A stretch of 64,000 nt of DNA, from the NCBI GenBank assembly GCA_964016885.1, contig OZ024742.1:185814001-185878000 (forward strand), read 5' to 3'. The notes below the pieces were generated by a model. That model worked only from the letters and a program-made list of their open reading frames with translations, had not been told where the DNA came from and ran no database searches. The DNA comes from Eledone cirrhosa (taxonomy: Eukaryota). Shown in pieces: positions 42,350 through 56,200 of this stretch. Made by a program: the position numbers and the translations under genes. Numbering within the stretch: the stretch's first letter is position 1; every line of letters begins with the position of its first letter.

Positions 42350-43400
42350 GGTAGAACATAGTGATTTAAAGGTCGCTCGCATCCTGATATTTGCACGGTC
42401 GTTTATTGTCGCAAATTCGCAAAGGGCTGGAAGCCACTGATGGGGACTCTACAGCCCTAGCCAAACGTAAAACTCCTACTAATGATCCTAATACTATGGG
42501 AACACCTACATTTATACGAAATGTGCAGAAAATTATCGATAATAACCCCAGAAAGTCAAATAGCGCCATAGCTAGGGAGCTCCAGGTTTCAGGGCACACT
42601 ATCGGAACAATTGTGCATGAGGACCTTCAATACAAATCATGTGTGATGTGGAGAGGTCAATTCATGTCTGGAAATACAAAAGATAATCCGCAGAAAGCGC
42701 TTGTTGGACAATTTAAAATATCAAGAGCCTGGAATGCTTTGGTCTTTTTCTGATAAGAAAAACTTTGATCAGGGCCAAAAGTTCAAAGGAATGAAAGATG
42801 ATTATGTAGAAAATCATATCACCCCAAACGTATGGCCTCCTATCTCTCCAGGCATGAATCCGTTAGACCAATACGTATGGGGCGTAGTCATCGAATGAAT
42901 AGAGACGCGTGGCTTAGTGGTAAGTTTATTGGACTTATGGTCATAATGTCGAATGTTCTATTCCTGAACTGGGTTGTGTATTGTGTTCTTGAGCAAAACA
43001 CTTCATTTCACGTTGCTACTGTATACTCAGCATAAAATTAGTACCAGCAGTGGATGGGAGTTTAACCATGTGATAGACTGGCGTCCTACCCAGGGGAAGT
43101 CTAGTACTCCCAGTTTCTTATTCTTAACGCTACGGAAACCAGCCTGATGAGCCTCCATGCTCGAGACAGACTTTAGATCTTTTAGTAACCAAGAGGAAAG
43201 TTAATCAACTATAAAACCTCTGAAGTCCGCTGAAATTAGCACAATGTCCTAAATAGATAAAAATCATCTGACTTGGAGCATATCAACGTTTCAGACCTCA
43301 TAGCGTACTCAATGTATGCTAACGGCGCGTACATTGAGTAGATGCGTTAAGAAGAGTCTCAAGATTATTTGTGCCAATTTTTTCTCAAATAAAGCTCCCT
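42350..43400 (+). mobile_element. Decayed Tc1/mariner transposase, interrupted by a SINE
   Basis: NPRKS..AIARELQVS (HTH), FSDKKNF, WPPISPGMNPLDQYVWG. Confidence 0.8.
42899..43170 (+). mobile_element. tRNA-derived SINE with CORE-like body
   Basis: gcgtggcttagtggtaag A-box; tgtgttcttgagcaaaacacttc...actcagc...aaattagtacc. Confidence 0.6.
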
Positions 43401-44098
43401 TTCATGACTTATGCGTCTTTTACTAAATGCATACAAATGTCATCAAAGAACTGAGCAACCCAACCACATCAAAGAATCGTATATCACAGATATCTCTTAA
43501 AATGTATTACTCATACAAGGGTCACAGCAATAAGCTCCTATCCCTTTCTGTAATAAAACAGCGTATCTTAAAATAAATTATCCTCTCTAACTTGCATCTA
43601 TAAACACACAATAAACCAACCAAACTCACAAGGTACCGCACAGACAACGGAAAAGGCTCAGAACTTCGACAACGATAATAAATGTCTGAAACAATTTCCT
43701 CTTTCTTAACATTAAATTAACCTTTTTGCCATAGTATCTATAAGTCAATTATTATAAATACATATTCATAGCCACTCGTACAGCATCGATTGGATTATAG
43801 TTATTACCAAGAACATCCCACCCATCTCCAAACGTTGAGTGATCAACTTCCACTGATACCACCTACCTGTTCTTATCTATAAGACAGAACAATGATCAAA
43901 AGTAATTATAATTTCACTGATGAGATTCAACGATATCTTCCGGCGCAACGTGTAACAATCTATTGTACAAAACTAATTTAGACTATTACAGACACTTGCA
44001 ATTGTATCGAAATACGTGTCAGAATTAATAAATATTTGATATCAGTATCTCAGTCTCTGTGATTTTATGCATGTATGTGTGTCTATATGTATATAGGT

Positions 44099-44540
44099 AC
44101 AGAGTGCGAGGAGTAATTGAGGACACTTAATTATCAGTATACTTAAACTAATTAAACATATTTTATTTCTCTCAGATTCCTCCGCCCCAGCAGATAAAAT
44201 GTTACACAAGAAATGTAAAGACATCCAGTCAATATTGCAATATGAGCAGAACACAGCAATTTAGAAATTGCAAACATTTTAAATGTTACAAAATCTCCCC
44301 TACACAAAGTTCAAATTAAATTGGAAACCTTTAGCGGAAATGTTTACAGAGAAAAAAACATTCCAAAGGTTCGGACACTATAAGAACACTGCAATTCCTC
44401 GAATGGTTATCAATAATGATCCCAGAAAATCACGGGCATCGAAATAAACGTTTAGAACTGTGATGTACGAAGATATTTGATACAAGTGTTATGTACTGAA
44501 TAGAGGCCGGTTCATGTTTGCAAAGACAGGCAACCATTTG
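44099..44540 (+). mobile_element. Heavily decayed Tc1/mariner relic related to 42350
   Basis: aatgatcccagaaaatca and gaagatatt..tacaagtgttatgt...agaggccggttcatg parallel the 42540-42670 sequence. Confidence 0.5.
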
Positions 44541-44637
44541 ATCTGTGTCAAGCAGTTACTTTATAAGGTTGAAAACTCTCATGTACGTGGCATGCTATAG
44601 TACTTATCTGTTGAGAAACAATTCGACCAAAACAAAT

Positions 44638-45185
44638 GTCTTCTTCTTCTTCTTCTTCTTCTTCTTCTTCTTCTTCTTCTTCTTCTAGCAGAGTCGTCAA
44701 GCACACCTTCCAGCGGGTTATGTCAGAAGCAACCGTCTTCAATTGATCCGGCTGGATCCGCAAGCAAGATCAATCGAGCTCATGGATGTTATCCCACCAT
44801 CTTGCTCGAGGTCTACCTTGGTGTCTCCTACCAATTGGTTTTGCCCGTAAAATTTGTCCAGCGATTCATTCATGAGACATTTTAACCAAATGCCCATAGT
44901 ATGGGGTTTGGGGCTTCTCAATTCAGAGAAGTAGCGACTCTACTTGGAGTGACTCTCTGCTCACCGAGCTATGCTCTCTATCGAGTAACGTTACTCCAAA
45001 GACCCTTCCGAGGAACCCCATTTCGGCCGCGTGTATTCCCGGTTGTATTCTTTCAGTTATTACGCAAGATTCATGGTCAAAGGTCTAACAGGGCAAATAA
45101 CAGATGGTAATGGGCAGATCCTTCTGATATCCCCAGAGTGATGCGCATTAAGTTTCCAGCACCTGTGATGGATTTATGAGTAGTG
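44638..45185 (-). mobile_element. RTE-like LINE 3' fragment with (GAA)n tail
   Basis: YYGHLVKMSHERIARQIL.AKPIGRRHQGRPRARWWDNI; ends in (TTC)n on the plus strand. Confidence 0.7.
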
Positions 45186-45189
45186 ATGA

Positions 45190-45360
45190 GATGCTTTGCA
45201 GCATAGAGTTACGTCCCTTTACATTCTGAGTTCAAATCCGCCGAGATTAGCTTTGCCTTTCATCCTTATAAGGTCGATAAAATAAAGCACCAGTAACGCA
45301 CTATGGTCGATTTAATCGACTTTTCCTCTCCAACAAAATTGTTGGCTTTGTGCCTAAATC
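45190..45360 (+). mobile_element. Major SINE copy
   Basis: Core match. Confidence 0.8.
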
Positions 45361-45671
45361 AAAAGCATTAGATATACTTCAGTACCCTACTACTTACTGC
45401 TGGAAGTCATGCAGACGTTAAGCTTTTCCTTTGATTCATTCTTCTGTGATCGATGAAATATTATTATTAATAATATACGTCTCCTCCCTATTGAGGAATT
45501 CCCATTATTTGATTTTCATTGTTACTTTTCTTTTTACTATTGTTAAACCTGTTTACATGCACACCAGCTCCACCACACACACAAACACGCACTCAATGTT
45601 TTCGTCCTGTGCTCTACTAATGTTTTCTTAATAGTAACTCTTGTGGTGAATAAAGAAATCATTATTAATAA

Positions 45672-45825
45672 TGGTTTCTTATATAGGCCAGCAATTTTGG
45701 GGGAAGGGGAAGTCGATTAAATCGACCCCAGTACGTGACAGGTACTTTATTTTATCGACCCCGTAATGATGAAATGCAAAGCTAACCTCAACGGTATTTG
45801 AACTCAGAATGTAAAGGGTAGTAAC
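45672..45825 (-). mobile_element. Major SINE copy
   Basis: Core match, reverse complement. Confidence 0.8.
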
Positions 45826-46237
45826 TCTGGTGGCTACGTTGCCCATGGCTAAAGGCAGAGAGTGGAGGCTTCGTCTTAGCGACTCCAGATCAAAGCTTAT
45901 TAACACGGAATTATCAAGCCAATGTGATAAGAAATGGAATAGATCTAGAATGCCGATTCTGCAATGGTGAGATTAAAAAAGTGCACCACTTAATCTTTGG
46001 ATCTAGTTTTATAACATGTGAAATATGTCAAGATATCACAGAGTTGGCCAATATCTACATTAGTTAATATGTTGGCATTATAAAATCAAAACTACTGACA
46101 AGTGGTATAAGCATCACCACTAAGGCTGCAACTGAGAAAGAGAATTTAACAATTCTTTTGGACTTTCCTATTATATGATTATATGTACTATGTTTGTATG
46201 GGTATATATGTATATATGTATAGATATATATATGTAT

Positions 46238-46606
<369 letters not shown>

Positions 46607-46697
46607 GTAATAATAATAAATTTGAAGACTAAAATCCAAAGAGGGCTCGATAAGGATAAATATATATCAAATATATAAGAACCGTAGAGAAAATATT

Positions 46698-46824
46698 TAT
46701 TAAAATAACAGATTAAAGTTTAAGCAAAGAATCGCTGCTTTCACCCTTAACGGGATCTTCTGAAACTCAGAAGATCCCGTTAAGGGTGAAAGCACCGATT
46801 CTTTGCTTAAACTTTAATCTGTTA

Positions 46825-46832
<8 letters not shown>
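46698..46832. repeat. Fold-back palindrome (66-bp arms, 3-bp loop)
   Basis: One mismatch; followed by (TA)n. Confidence 0.9.
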
Positions 46833-46891
<59 letters not shown>

Positions 46892-47011
46892 AGATTTGAA
46901 TGGATATAGTTTAGTTGAAAGGAATTTATTGACACGTGTTTCTATAACAGTTACATAACCTGAAAACAGCTGCTATCTACAAAGTATTATATTACAACAC
47001 AACGGAAAATA

Positions 47012-47096
<85 letters not shown>

Positions 47097-47179
47097 AATA
47101 AAATACAGAGTTACTAACTCATATTGATACCCTGTAATTAACAAGCTCAAAGTATAAATACTGAGCATTATATAATAAT

Positions 47180-47890
47180 ATATGTAGAAATCATCATCAT
47201 CATCATCATCATCACCGTATAAACACAGTAAATTGTGTGTCTAAAATTACGAGGGTTGAAGTATCACATTGGTTTGATAAATTTAACCTGAAGCAAACGG
47301 AAGATATAGAATATATATACAGACCGTCTCAATAACTATTTCATCTCTCGGGCAGATTAAAGATTTAATGTTTCGCCCAGAAAATTGTGTTTGTAACAGA
47401 TAATCCGTAGGCTATCCTCAGCGAGAGACGAGATTAAATGGAACAAGCACATACAACTAAAAGCCACACGCATGAATATCTCACCTCGTGCGCTGGACGT
47501 TAGAAGTAGTGTGAGTGGATATGCTAACTAGGTGATCTTATAAGTTGGGTGTATTAAGGCTATTGTTTTTAGCATATCTACTCACACCACTTCTAACGTC
47601 CAGCGCACGAGGTGAGATATTCATTCGTGTGGCTTTTAGTTGTATGTGCTTGTTCCATTTAATCTTGTCTCTCGCTGAGGATAGCCTACGGATTATCTGT
47701 TACAAACACAATTTTCAGGGCGAAACAGATTAAATCTCTAATCTGCCCGAGAGATGAAATAGTTATTGAGACGGTCTGTATATATATTCTATATCTTCCG
47801 TTTGCTTCAGGTTAAATTTATCAAACCAATGTGATACTTCAACCCTCGTAATTTTAGACACACAATTTACTGTGTTTATTTCTACATATA
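47180..47890. repeat. Fold-back palindrome (~310-bp arms, ~41-bp spacer) carrying hammerhead folds
   Basis: 47219-47528 is the reverse complement of 47570-47879; a (TCA)n insert is present in the left end only. Confidence 0.92.
47668..47754 (+). ncRNA. Type I hammerhead-like fold with non-canonical GCC site (mirror 47344-47428, minus)
   Basis: UCUCUCG/CGAGAGA, CUGAGGA, GCC..GGC, GAAA-CAGAUUA aaucuc UAAUCUG-CC. Confidence 0.55.
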
Positions 47891-48606
47891 TATATATATA
47901 CAGGCTTTCCTGGAGATTTCTTTTGAAGGAAACAATTCTAGTCCTATAGAAGCCATTTATATTAAACCTGATATTTACACTCTACTAATGTATTGAGTAC
48001 CTTACTAACTGTGGTTACCCCCCGACTAAACCCGTAACTCACACACGCGCACACACATACACACATATATATATATATAATGTTATATAATGTTTGTATG
48101 GGTGTATATATGTGTATATATAGTTGGTGGATTGTAATGTACAGTTACCATAACAGAATCCGGCGAGCTTTTGATTCCAGAGTCTGGCCAGATTGATACA
48201 GATCGAATCTTGAGCTGATCAATAGCAAAACGCGTGTCACTACTCAATAAGCTTAATGAAGGCTTAACAAATCGTCCTTTTTTATTATTAGTATATATAT
48301 ATATGTGTGTGTATAAGTAAATACATTATACAATTATCAAAGTTGTGTTCAAATCATTTAATAGCTGACAATCGGTTCTTCCAAACTCTCGTTTGGAGTC
48401 ATCGGAGCGTTATCAATGTTTGTACATGTAATCAACCTCCTATTCAACTGAACAATAATATAGATACATATAAATTTATGTTGTGAGCAACAGTTTCGTA
48501 TTTACAGGGTGGAATGGATGTGACATATATTTTACGAGAATTGTACAATAACATTCAATTAAAATTAAAATTTAAATTTAAATTAAATTAAAATCAAAAG
48601 CACGGA

Positions 48607-49710
48607 GTGGAATACATGCAACAGTTAAAACAAGGGAACAGCGCTTTGGGCCTCACAATAAGCTTGGAAAAGACTTTTGTGATGTATCAGCCGCCACCTG
48701 GAAAAGAGTACACTACACCAAGTGTGTACGTGTACGGAAAGAGGCTAAAAGTTGCTGACAGGTTTGTTTACCTTGGTAGTACGTTGAACATTTCATGCAC
48801 ACTGTATGATGAAATATCCTTAAGAATCAAGAAAGCCAGTGATGCTTTGGGGCGGCTGCATGAACGTTTATGGTCCCGACGAGGTATCACTATCGAAACC
48901 AAGGTGAAAGTGTATCTGACTTGTGTCGTCTCCTCTTTGCTCTATGCTTGTGAAACGTGGGTCACATACAGAAAGCACCTCAAGGAACTGGAGAGATTTC
49001 ACCAACAATCTCTTCGTAAGTTACTTGGGGTGTGGTGGAAAATGTTCGTCAGTGATTTGGAAGTTCTTGAACAGAGCAGGTTCGTGACTATAGAGAGCAT
49101 AATCTTTCGGCACCAGTTGAGGTGGTGTGGACACGTGGTCCGGATGTCTGATGATCGCATTCCAAAACAACTTCACTATGGAGAACTGTGTTAAGGAAGG
49201 TGACCACCACACAAACCAAAAATGCAGTACCGGGACTGTGTCAGGGGCACCTTGGCTTGTGCTGGAATTTCATCTGACGAATGGGAGAAAATGGCTGAGG
49301 AGTGTGTGAAGTGGAGACGTTTGATCAAGTCAGGTAGTGAACACTTTGAAACTTGTCGGAGAGAATACCTTGCACTGAAAAGGAAGGTAAGGAAAAGAGA
49401 CTGTACTGAACTGCCTGCTGTTGAGTAACATCTGGTTTGCAAGCACTGTGGTCGAGTCTGCCTGAGCAAAGCTGGTTTGACCAAACACGAACAAAATCAT
49501 ATCAGTAGACCTCATATCAGTAGACCTCATGATCTGAAAAGGTGTAAGGAATGTGGCAAGGAATGTGCTAGCATAGGAGGGCTTAAAAACACATGAGAGT
49601 ACACAACCAGAACGAAGCAATGGAAAGTCCCGGAGGAGCCTACAGTTGCCATGTATGTGCCAGAGGGTGCAAGTCTTTGGCTGGTTTAAAGAGCCACATT
49701 AGTGCCTCAC
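48607..49710 (+). mobile_element. RTE-clade LINE 3' fragment with C-terminal C2H2 zinc fingers
   Basis: LGLTISLEKT, FVYLGSTL, LLYACETW, LRWCGHVVRMSDDRIPKQLHYGEL; fingers CKHC..H..H, CKEC..H..H, CHVC..H. Confidence 0.85.
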
Positions 49711-49787
49711 ATTTTTTTAGTATTTTATCGGGCGATAGCAGTGCTCGAACACGAGTTTACAGCCATCATATATACCATTATTACTGT

Positions 49788-49925
49788 ATAGTTACGTCCC
49801 TTTATGATCAGAGTTCAAATCCCGCCGAGGTTGACTTTGCCTTTCATCCTAATGGGGTCCATAAAATAAAGTACCAGTAATGAACTGGGCAACTGCTGGC
49901 CTTGTGCCTAAAGTAGAAACAATTA
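49788..49925 (+). mobile_element. Major SINE copy (5'-truncated)
   Basis: Core match. Confidence 0.8.
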
Positions 49926-50227
49926 CTGTATATAGGTGGAGTTATATAATGTTCTATTAATGAAAACATCAGAGATATTCAAATAGCTAAGTAGTTTTCA
50001 GTTGTTATTACATTTTCTTTATGAAATTCTTACACAACAATTCTTTTCTATGTATCAAAGGATAATATTTATTGAAAATATATTCTACCATTATCTATAG
50101 CTGTGGAAAATATGGCAAAATATCTTAAACGGAATGCAGAACGAATGCAGGGAATAATATTTAAATATATTCCATCTAAAATTCTTTAATCAATAAAAAT
50201 GCAGACGACATGAATATTAACATTTCG

Positions 50228-53200
50228 GTTGTTATTGTTGCCGTTGGTGTTGTTGTTGTTGCTGTTGTTGTCGTTGGTGTTGGTGTTGTTAATGCTGTTG
50301 TTGGTGGTGGTGGTGGTGTTGGTGGTGTTGTTGCTGTTGATGTTGCTGTTGTTGTTGTTGGTAGTGGTGTTGTTGTTGTTGCCGTTGTTGTTGTTGTTGT
50401 TGTTGTTGTTGGTAGTGGTGGTGTTATTGTTGCAGTTGGTGTTGTTGTTGCTGTTGTTGTTGTTGATGGTGTTGCTGTTGTTGTTGCTGTTGTTGTTGCT
50501 GTTGTTGTTGTTGTTGATGTTGATGTTGTTATTGTTGAAGTTGCTGTTGTTGTTGTTGATGTTGCTGTTGTTATTGTTGTTGTTGCTGTTGTTATTGCTG
50601 ATGTTGCAGTTGTTATTGTTGCTATTGCTGTTGTTATTGTTGATGTTGCTGTTGTTATTGCTGATGTTGCTGTTGTTATTGTTGTTATTGCTGTTGTTAT
50701 TGCTGATGTTGCTGTTGTTATTGTTGTTATTGCTGTTGTTTTTGTTGTTATTGCTGTTGTTATTGTTGTTGTTGCTGTTGTTATTGCTGATGTTGCTGTT
50801 GTTATTGTTGTTGTTGCTGTTGTTATTGTTGATGTTGCTGTTGTTATTGTTATTGTTGCTGTTGTTATTGTTGTTATTGCTGTTGTTACTGTTGAAGTTG
50901 CTGTTGTCATTGTTGATGTTGCTGTTGTTATTGTTGATGTTGCTGTTGTTATTGTTATTGTTGCTGTTGTTATTGTTGTTATTGCTGTTGTTACTGTTGA
51001 AGTTGCTGTTGTTAGTGTTGATGTTGCTGTTGTTATTGCTGTTGTTGCTGTTGTTATTGTTGATGTTGCTGTTGTTATTGTTGATGTTGCTGTTGTTATT
51101 GTTGATGTTGAAGTTGTTATTGTTGTTATTGCTGTTGTTATTGTTGCTGTTGATGTTGTTATTGTTGTTGTTGCTGTTGTTATTGTTGTTGTTGCTGTTG
51201 CTACTGTTGATGTTGTTGCTGTTGTTATTGTTGATGTTGCTGTTGTTATTGTTGTTGTTGATGTTGTTATTGTTGTTGTTGCTGTTATTATTGTTGTTGT
51301 TGCTGTTGTTATTGTTGATGTTGCTGTTGTTATTGCTGTTGTTGCTGTTGTTATTGTTGATGTTGCTGTTGTTATTGTTGTTTTTGCTGTTGTTATTGTT
51401 GTTGTTGCTGTTGTTATTGTTGATGTTGCTGTTGTTATTGTTGTTGTTGCTGTTGTTATTGTTGATGTTGCTGTTGTTATTGTTGATGTTGCTGTTGTTA
51501 TTGTTGATGTTGTTATTGTTGATGTTGCTGTTGTTATTGTTGATGTTGATGTTGTTATTGTTGCTGTTGTTATTGTTGAAGTTGCTGTTGTTATTGTTGA
51601 TGTTGCTGTTGTTATTGTTGATGTTGCTGTTGTTATTGTTGTTGTTGTTGTTGTTGAAGTTGCTGTTGTTATTGTTGATGTTGCTGTTGTTATTGTTGAT
51701 GTTGCTGTTGTTATTGTTGATGTTGCTGTTGTTATTGTTGTTATTGCTGTTGTTATTGTTGATGTTACTGTTGTTATTGTTGATGTTGCTATTGTTATTG
51801 TTGAAGTTTCTGTTGTTATTGTTGATGTTGCTGTTGTTATTGTTGTTATTGCTGTTGTTATTGTTGATGTTGCTGTTGTTATTGTTGATGTTGCTGTTGT
51901 TATTGTTGTTATTGCTGTTGTTATTGTTGATGTTGCTGTTGTTATTGCTGTTGTTGCTGTTGTTATTGTTGATGTTGCTGTTGTTATTGTTGTTGATATT
52001 GTTGTTGTTGCTGTTGTTATTGTTGATGTTGCTGTTGTTATTGTTGATGTTGCTGTTGTTATTGTTGATGTTGATGTTGTTCTTGTTGATGTTGTTATTG
52101 TTGATGTTGCTGTTGTTATTGTTGATGTTGCTGTTGTTATTGTTGCTGTTGTTATTGTTGAAGTTGCTGTTGTTATTGTTGATGTTGCTGTTGTTATTGA
52201 TGATGTTGCTGTTGTTATTGTTGATGTTGCTGTTGTTATTGTTGATGTTGCTGTTGTTATTGTTGTTGATATTGTTGTTGTTGCTGTTGTTATTGTTGAT
52301 GTTGCTGTTGTTATTGTTGATGTTGCTGTTGTTATTGTTGATGTTGCTGTTGTTATTGTTGATGTTGTTATTGTTGATGTTGCTGTTGTTATTGTTGATG
52401 TTGCTGTTGTTATTGTTGCTGTTGTTATTGTTGAAGTTGCTGTTGTTATTGTTGATGTTGCTGTTGTTATTGATGATGTTGCTGTTGTTATTGTTGTTGT
52501 TGTTGTTGTTGAATTTGCTGTTGTTATTGTTGATGTTGCTGTTGTTATTGTTGATGTTGCTGTTGTTATTGTTGATGTTGCTGTTGTTATTGTTGTTATT
52601 GCTGTTGTTATTGTTGATGTTGCTGTTGTTATTGTTGATGTTGCTATTGTTATTGTTGAAGTTCATGTTGTTATTGTTGATGTTGCTGTTGTTATTGTTG
52701 TTATTGCTGTTGTTATTGTTGATGTTGCTGTTGTTATTGTTGATGTTGCTGTTGTTATTGTTGTTATTGCTGTTGTTATTGTTGATGTTGCTGTTGTTAT
52801 TGCTGTTGTTGCTGTTGTTATTGTTGATGTTGCTGTTGTTATTGTTGTTGATATTGTTGTTGTTGCTGTTGTTATTGTTGATGTTGCTGTTGTTATTGTT
52901 GATGTTGCTGTTGTTATTGTTGTTGTTGTTGTTGTTGAAGTTGCTGTTGTTATTGTTGTTATTGCTGTTTTTATTGTTGATGTTGCTGTTGTTATTGTTG
53001 ATGTTGCTGTTGTTATTGTTGTTATTGCTGTTGTTATTGTTGATGTTGCTGTTGTTATTGCTGTTGTTGCTGTTGTTATTGTTGATGTTGCTGTTGTTAT
53101 TGTTGTTATTGCTGTTGTTATTGTTGATGTTGCTGTTGTTATTGTTGATGTTGCTGTTGTTATTGTTGTTGTTGTTGTTGTTTTTGAAGTTGCTGTTGTT

Positions 53201-56200
53201 ATTGTTGATGTTACTGTTGTTATTGTTGATGTTGCTGTTGTTATTGTTGATGTTGTTGTTGTTATTGTTGATGTTGCTGTTGTTATTGTTGTTATTGCTG
53301 TTGTTATTGGTGATGTTGCTGTTGTTATTGCTGTTGTTGCTGTTGTTATTGTTGATGTTGCTGTTGTTATTGTTGATGTTGCTGTTGTTATTGTTGAAGT
53401 TGCTGTTGTTATTGTTGATGTTGCTGTTGTTATTTTTGTTATTGCTGTTGTTATTGTTGATGTTGCTGTTGTTATTGTTGATGTTGCTGTTGTTATTGTT
53501 GTTGTTGCTGTTGTATTGTTGATGTTGCTGTTGTTATTGTTGATGTTGCTGTTGTTATTGTTGTTGTTGCTGTTGTTATTGTTGATGTTGCTGTTGTTAT
53601 TGTTGATGTTGCTGTTGTTATTGTTGTTGTTGCTGTTGTTATTGTTGATGTTGCTGTTGTTATTGTTGTTGTTGCTGTTGTTATTGTTGATGTTGCTGTT
53701 GTTATTGTTGATGTTGCTGTTGTTATTGTTGTTGCTGTTGTTATTGTTGATGTTGCTGTTGTTATTGTTGTTGCTGTTGTTATTGTTGATGTTGCTGTTG
53801 TTATTGTTGTTGTTGCTGTTGTATTGTTGATGTTGCTGTTGTTATTGTTGTTGCTGCTGTTGTTATTGTTGATGTTGCTGTTGTTATTGTTGTTGTTGCT
53901 GGTGTTATTGTTGAAGTTGCTGTGTTATTGTTGTTGTTGTTGCTGTTGTTATTGTTGATGTTGCTGTTGTTATTGTTGATGTTGCTGTTGTTATTGTTGA
54001 TGTTGCTGTTGTTATTGCTGATGTTGTTATTGTTGATGTTGTTGTTGCTGTTGTTATTAGTGATGTGGCTGTTGTTATTGTTGTTGTTGCTGTTGTTATT
54101 GTTGTTGATATTGTTGTTGTTGCTGCTGTTATTGTTGTTGTTGCTGTTGTTATTGTTGATGTTGCTGTTGTTATTGCTGATGTTGTTATTGTTCATGTTG
54201 TTGTTGCTGTTGTTATTGTTGATGTTGCTGTTGTTATTGCTGATGTTGTTATTGTTGATGTTGTTGTTGCTGTTTTTATTGTTGATGTTGTTATTGTTAT
54301 TGTTGTTATTGCTGTTATTGTTGTTGTTGATGTTACTTTTGTTATTGTTGATGTTGCTGTTGTTATTGTTGATGTTGTTGTTGTTATTGTTGTTATTGCT
54401 GTTGTTATTGTTGATGTTGCTGTTGTTATTGTTGTTATTACTGTTGTTATTGTTGTCATTGCTGTTGTTATTGCTGATGTTGCTGTTGTTATTGTTGTTA
54501 TTGCTGTTGTTATTGTTGATGTTGCTGTTGTTATTGCTGATGTTGTTATTGTTGATGTTGTTGTTGCTGTTGTTATTAGAGATGTGGCTGTTGTTATTGT
54601 TGTTGTTGCTGTTGTTATTGTTGTTGATATTGTTGTTGTTGCTGTTGTTATTGTTGATGTTGCTGTTGTTATTGTTGTTGTTGCTGTTGTTATTGTTGAT
54701 GTTGCTGTTGTTGTTGCTGATGTTGTTATTGTTGATGTTGTTGTTGCTGTTGTTATTGTTGATGTTGCTGTTGTTATTGTTGATGTTGTTGTTGTTATTG
54801 TTGTTATTGCAGTTGTTATTGTTGATGTTACGGTTGTTATTGTTGATGTTGCTGTTGTTATTGTTGATGTTGCTGTTGTTATTGTTGTTATTGCTGTTGT
54901 TATTGTTGTTATTGCTGTTGATATTGTTGTTGTTGCTGCTGTTATTGTTGATGTGGCTGTTGTTATTGTTGATGTTGCTGTTGTTATTGTTGTTGTTGCT
55001 GTTGTTATTGTTGATGTTGCTGTTGTTATTGTTGATGTTGCTGTTGTTATTGTTGTTATTGCTGTTGTTATTGTTGATGTTGCTGTTGTTATTGTTGTTA
55101 TTGCTGTTGTTATTGTTGATGTTGCTGTTGTTATTGTTGATGTTGCTGTTGTTATTGCTGACGTTGTTATTGTTGATGTTGTTGTTGCTGTTGTTATTAT
55201 TGATGTTGTTGTTGTTATTGTTGTTATTGCTGTTGATATTGTTGTTGTTGCTGCTGCTATTGTTGATGTTGCTGTTGTTATTGTTGATGTTGCTGTAGTT
55301 ATTGTTGTTGTTGCTGTTGTTATTGTTGTTATTGCTGTTGTTATTGTTGATGTTGCTGTTGTTATTGTTGATGTTGCTGTTGTTATTGTTGATGTTGCTG
55401 TTGTTATTGTTGTTATTGCTGTTGTTATTGTTGATGTTGCTGTTGTTATTGCTGATGTTGTTATTGTTGATGTTGTTGTTGCTGTTCTTATTGTTGATGT
55501 TGCTGTTGTTATTGTTGTTATTGCTGTTGTTATTGTTGATGTTGCTATTGTTATTGTTGATGTTGCTGTTGTTATTGTTGATGTTGCTGTTGTTATTTTT
55601 GATGTTGCTGTTTTTATTGTTGTTATTGATGTTGTTATTGTTGATGTTGGTGTTGTGATTGTTGATGCTGCGGTTGTTATTGTTGTTATTGCTGTTGTTA
55701 TTGTTGAGGTTGCTGTTGTTATTTTTATGTTGCTGTTGTTATTGTTGATGTTGCTGTTGTTATTGTTGATGTTGCTGTTATTATTGTTGTTATTGCTGTT
55801 GTTATTGTTGATGTTGCTGTTGTTATTGTTGATGCTTCTGTTGTTGTTGTTGATGTTGCTGTTGTTATTGTTGATATTGCTGTTGGTATTGTTGATGTTG
55901 CTGTTGTTATCGTTGATGTTATTGTTGTTATTGCTGTCGTTATTGTTGACGTTGCTGTTGTTATTGTTGATGTTGCTGTTGTTATTGTTGTTGTTGCTGT
56001 TGTTAATGCTGTTGTTATTGTTGATGTCGTTGTTGTTATTGTTGCTGTTGTTTTTGTTGATGTTGCTGTTTTTATTGTTGATGTTGTTGTTATTGCTGTT
56101 GTTATTGTTATTGTTGCTGTTGTTATTGTTGATGTTGCTGTTGTTATTGTTGATGTTGCTGTTATTGTTGCTGTTGTTATTGTTGATGTTGTTGTTATTG

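Noticed and set aside
43143-43170. CTGATGAGC...GCTCGAGAC as a hammerhead
   Set aside because: No GAAA and no closing stem I; it lies in a SINE tail
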